Positions 61,914 through 64,000 of a DNA stretch of 64,000 nucleotides are shown here, piece after piece. A model generated the notes under the pieces. The model did no database searches, had not been told where the DNA came from, and was given only the letters and a program-made list of their open reading frames with translations. This DNA comes from an uncultured bacterium (GTDB lineage: Bacteria; Acidobacteriota; Aminicenantia; Aminicenantales; Saccharicenantaceae), in NCBI GenBank assembly GCA_937920515.1, contig CALEUG010000001.1:12070-76069 (forward strand), written 5' to 3'. The translations under genes and the position numbers were made by a program. Position 1 is the first letter of the stretch. Every line of letters begins with the position of its first letter.

Positions 61914-62303
61914 GTTACCACGCCTGTCGGCAAATTAATCACAAATTAATCAAGACAAAGGGCTTTATCGGCAGAAATCGCCCCCGGGTATCTGTCAGAA
62001 AGCATAGAGCATATTCTGGCCGGTGCCGAGCTGTAATTCTTGAACTCCGGTTATTTGAATCTCCGCAGTCTGTCCTCGCCAATTTATCAAAAATATGCTT
62101 AGCATTATATTTTCATTCGGGAGGACCTACTAAAAATTCAAAAGATATCAGCCAGCCCGCTCCTCAAGCGACTAAAAAGCGTTGAGCCCTCACCAGGTCA
62201 GGAAAAGGAGAACGATAAGCAAACCGGCCTATCCCTCGTCCAGCACTTAATCTCTTGAGCCAATCGGCTTATCAGAGCCGCGGTTCCCTTTTTTCCAAAC
62301 TTA

Positions 62304-63149
62304 TTAAAGCTTGTTGAGGCTGATGGAGCCGTTGGTGGTCTGAAGCTCAATCCGCGGGCCCTGGCCGCTGCCCATTCTGCCTTCAATCCTTCTCCGGGAG
62401 AGGCTGCCCTCTACCGTAACCGGGAAGTCAACCCGGACGCTGCCGTTGGTGGTGCGGGCGCTGAAGTAGCCACTGGGCTGGTTTCTCAGCCGGATGGCGA
62501 CGCTGCCGTTGGTCGTTCGGGCTTCAAGGTTGGCCGCAATTTCCTCCAGCTCCAGCTTGATACTGCCGTTGGTGGTCTTGAGGCTGGTCCGGCCCTTAAC
62601 GTTGATGATATCCAGGCTGCCGTTGGTGGTGGCCGCTTCCAGCCAGGCGACATCACCGCGGACCGTGATGCTGCCGTTGGTCGTCCGGAGCTGGGCCCGT
62701 TCAAACTTTCCATTCAGGTTTACCCGGCCGTTTACAGTCTTAATCAGTTCCAGGGCCATGTTTTCCGGCACGGTGATTTCATAATCGACCTTGACCTGCA
62801 GGTTGCGCTTTTCATGGATGGTATCAACTATGACCGATTTTTCTCCGCTGACCACATCTATTCTGATTTTGTTGAGGTCTTCTTTTCTCCAGCGAGCATA
62901 CTTGGTAGCCCTGATGACGACCTCCAGCGCCGCCGAGCTGGTCACGGTAATGGAGCCGTTGATGCTGGACAGGGAAAAGGAACCGGGTTCTTTCAGGGTT
63001 ATGGTCTGGCTGAATGGCTCCTCGTATTTATAGGTGGCATCGATGAAATCCTGGCAACCGGCGCTAAAAACAACGGTCATCATCAGCAGGATTGAAAGAC
63101 TAAGAAGGTTGCCGACTCTTAAGATTCCTGATATCCTGTTTTCGGTCAT
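62304..63149 (-). CDS. DUF4097-like beta-strand repeat lipoprotein
   Basis: Lipobox FSAGC; repeated (T/S)(T/I/V)NG(S/R) beta-repeats. Confidence 0.85.
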   Translation of the reverse strand: MTENRISGILRVGNLLSLSILLMMTVVFSAGCQDFIDATYKYEEPFSQTITLKEPGSFSLSSINGSITVTSSAALEVVIRATKYARWRKEDLNKIRIDVVSGEKSVIVDTIHEKRNLQVKVDYEITVPENMALELIKTVNGRVNLNGKFERAQLRTTNGSITVRGDVAWLEAATTNGSLDIINVKGRTSLKTTNGSIKLELEEIAANLEARTTNGSVAIRLRNQPSGYFSARTTNGSVRVDFPVTVEGSLSRRRIEGRMGSGQGPRIELQTTNGSISLNKL

Positions 63150-63498
63150 TTTGCCTCCTGACAGGTTAAATTATCATAGAAAATCACTCTCTTTATACTT
63201 AAATAGACGAAATGGCAGGACAAAAAGTTCCCCGGGGATGGTGGCAATTATTGGTTTTATGAAATTATCATGACCGGAAAATCAGTTTTTGAACCTTCTG
63301 ATGAATATATACGTATATAAAGAGGTAAAATCATGAATCTACCGGGGCCCGCCGGGCCATTTTTGACAGGATAATCTTCGCCTGATTAATCCTGGTATCA
63401 GGCGGTATGAAATTGTCAGAAATTATTGAATTGATACCAGGGCCAGGACGCAATATGCTATGCCTAAAAGAATAATCAAGAAGACCCAGGAGGAAAAA

Positions 63499-64000
63499 TT
63501 GAGAAAATCATCCTTTATTTTGGGAATTTTAATTTTTCTGTTGCTTCTGGCCGCTCCCCGGGAACATTCATTACAGGCGCAGACAGAGGATATCAGCCAG
63601 AAAATCGCCGGGCACTGGGAAGGGGCCGTTGAGCTTCCCGGAATGAAGCTGGAAGTCCTGATTGATTTCAGGCTGACGGCAGAAAAGAAGCTGGAGGGGG
63701 TAATCTCCATACCCGTCCAGAAAGCAAAAGACCTGCCCCTTGAGAATATCAGGATGGAAGGTATTGAGGTAAGCTTCGCTATTGCCGGGGTTCCCGGCAA
63801 CCCGGTTTTCAAGGGCAAGCTGGACGAAAGCGGGCAAAAAATAACAGGCAATTTCAGCCAGTCAGGCCAGAGTTTCCCCTTCAGCCTCAGCAAGGGTGAA
63901 AACCCCGTGGCCAGAGCCCGAAAGGCGCTGGAAGGGATAGATGAAGTCATCAACAAAGCTCTTACAGATTTGAAGGTTCCAGGTCTGGCCCTGGCTGTAA
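63499..64000 (+). CDS. Secreted serine hydrolase (beta-lactamase-like family), truncated at the window end; absent from the ORF track
   Basis: TTG 63499 follows AGGAGG (in-frame ATG at 63460). The frame is open to the end: signal peptide, GHWEGAV beta-domain, then ...ALTDLKVPGLALAV. Confidence 0.75.
   Translation, partial: MRKSSFILGILIFLLLLAAPREHSLQAQTEDISQKIAGHWEGAVELPGMKLEVLIDFRLTAEKKLEGVISIPVQKAKDLPLENIRMEGIEVSFAIAGVPGNPVFKGKLDESGQKITGNFSQSGQSFPFSLSKGENPVARARKALEGIDEVINKALTDLKVPGLALAV

Noticed and set aside
62320-62970. Recurrent GCTGCCGTTGGT-like DNA repeats
   Set aside because: Explained by the TTNGS protein repeats of the DUF4097-like lipoprotein.

Overview
A gene-dense bacterial chromosomal window with about 35 CDSs and 2 tRNAs. 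I found no transposase, integrase, prophage or CRISPR array. Gene content (GWxTD proteins, Oar-type TonB-dependent receptor, sulfatase-TPR fusion, FecR/DUF6600-like protein, many secreted glycosidases) suggests an Acidobacteriota/Ca. Aminicenantes-like diderm saccharolytic organism; this is an inference. The left part is housekeeping: smc, PBP1A, tmk, degP, dapF-like, lon, hsp20, nrdR, tRNA-Gln, galK, tRNA-Glu and a stand-alone GMP synthase ATPPase subunit. The right part is a roughly 30-kb carbohydrate/envelope region: tandem phosphohexomutases, GH38, GH2, a GWxTD-TBDR-TPR-sulfatase-like module, GH116, nagA, YdjC, GH42 and GH18. The best leads are: (1) a DapF homologue with both catalytic Cys replaced by Ser; (2) a predicted inactive phosphohexomutase directly upstream of an intact paralogue; (3) a possible periplasmic deacetylate-then-cleave chitin/amino-sugar pathway; (4) a four-gene outer-membrane module with a Thr-nucleophile 'sulfatase'; (5) a tandem ~170-bp structured non-coding element; (6) one palindrome present at two distant sites. 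All calls come from reading motifs by eye; no database searches were run.
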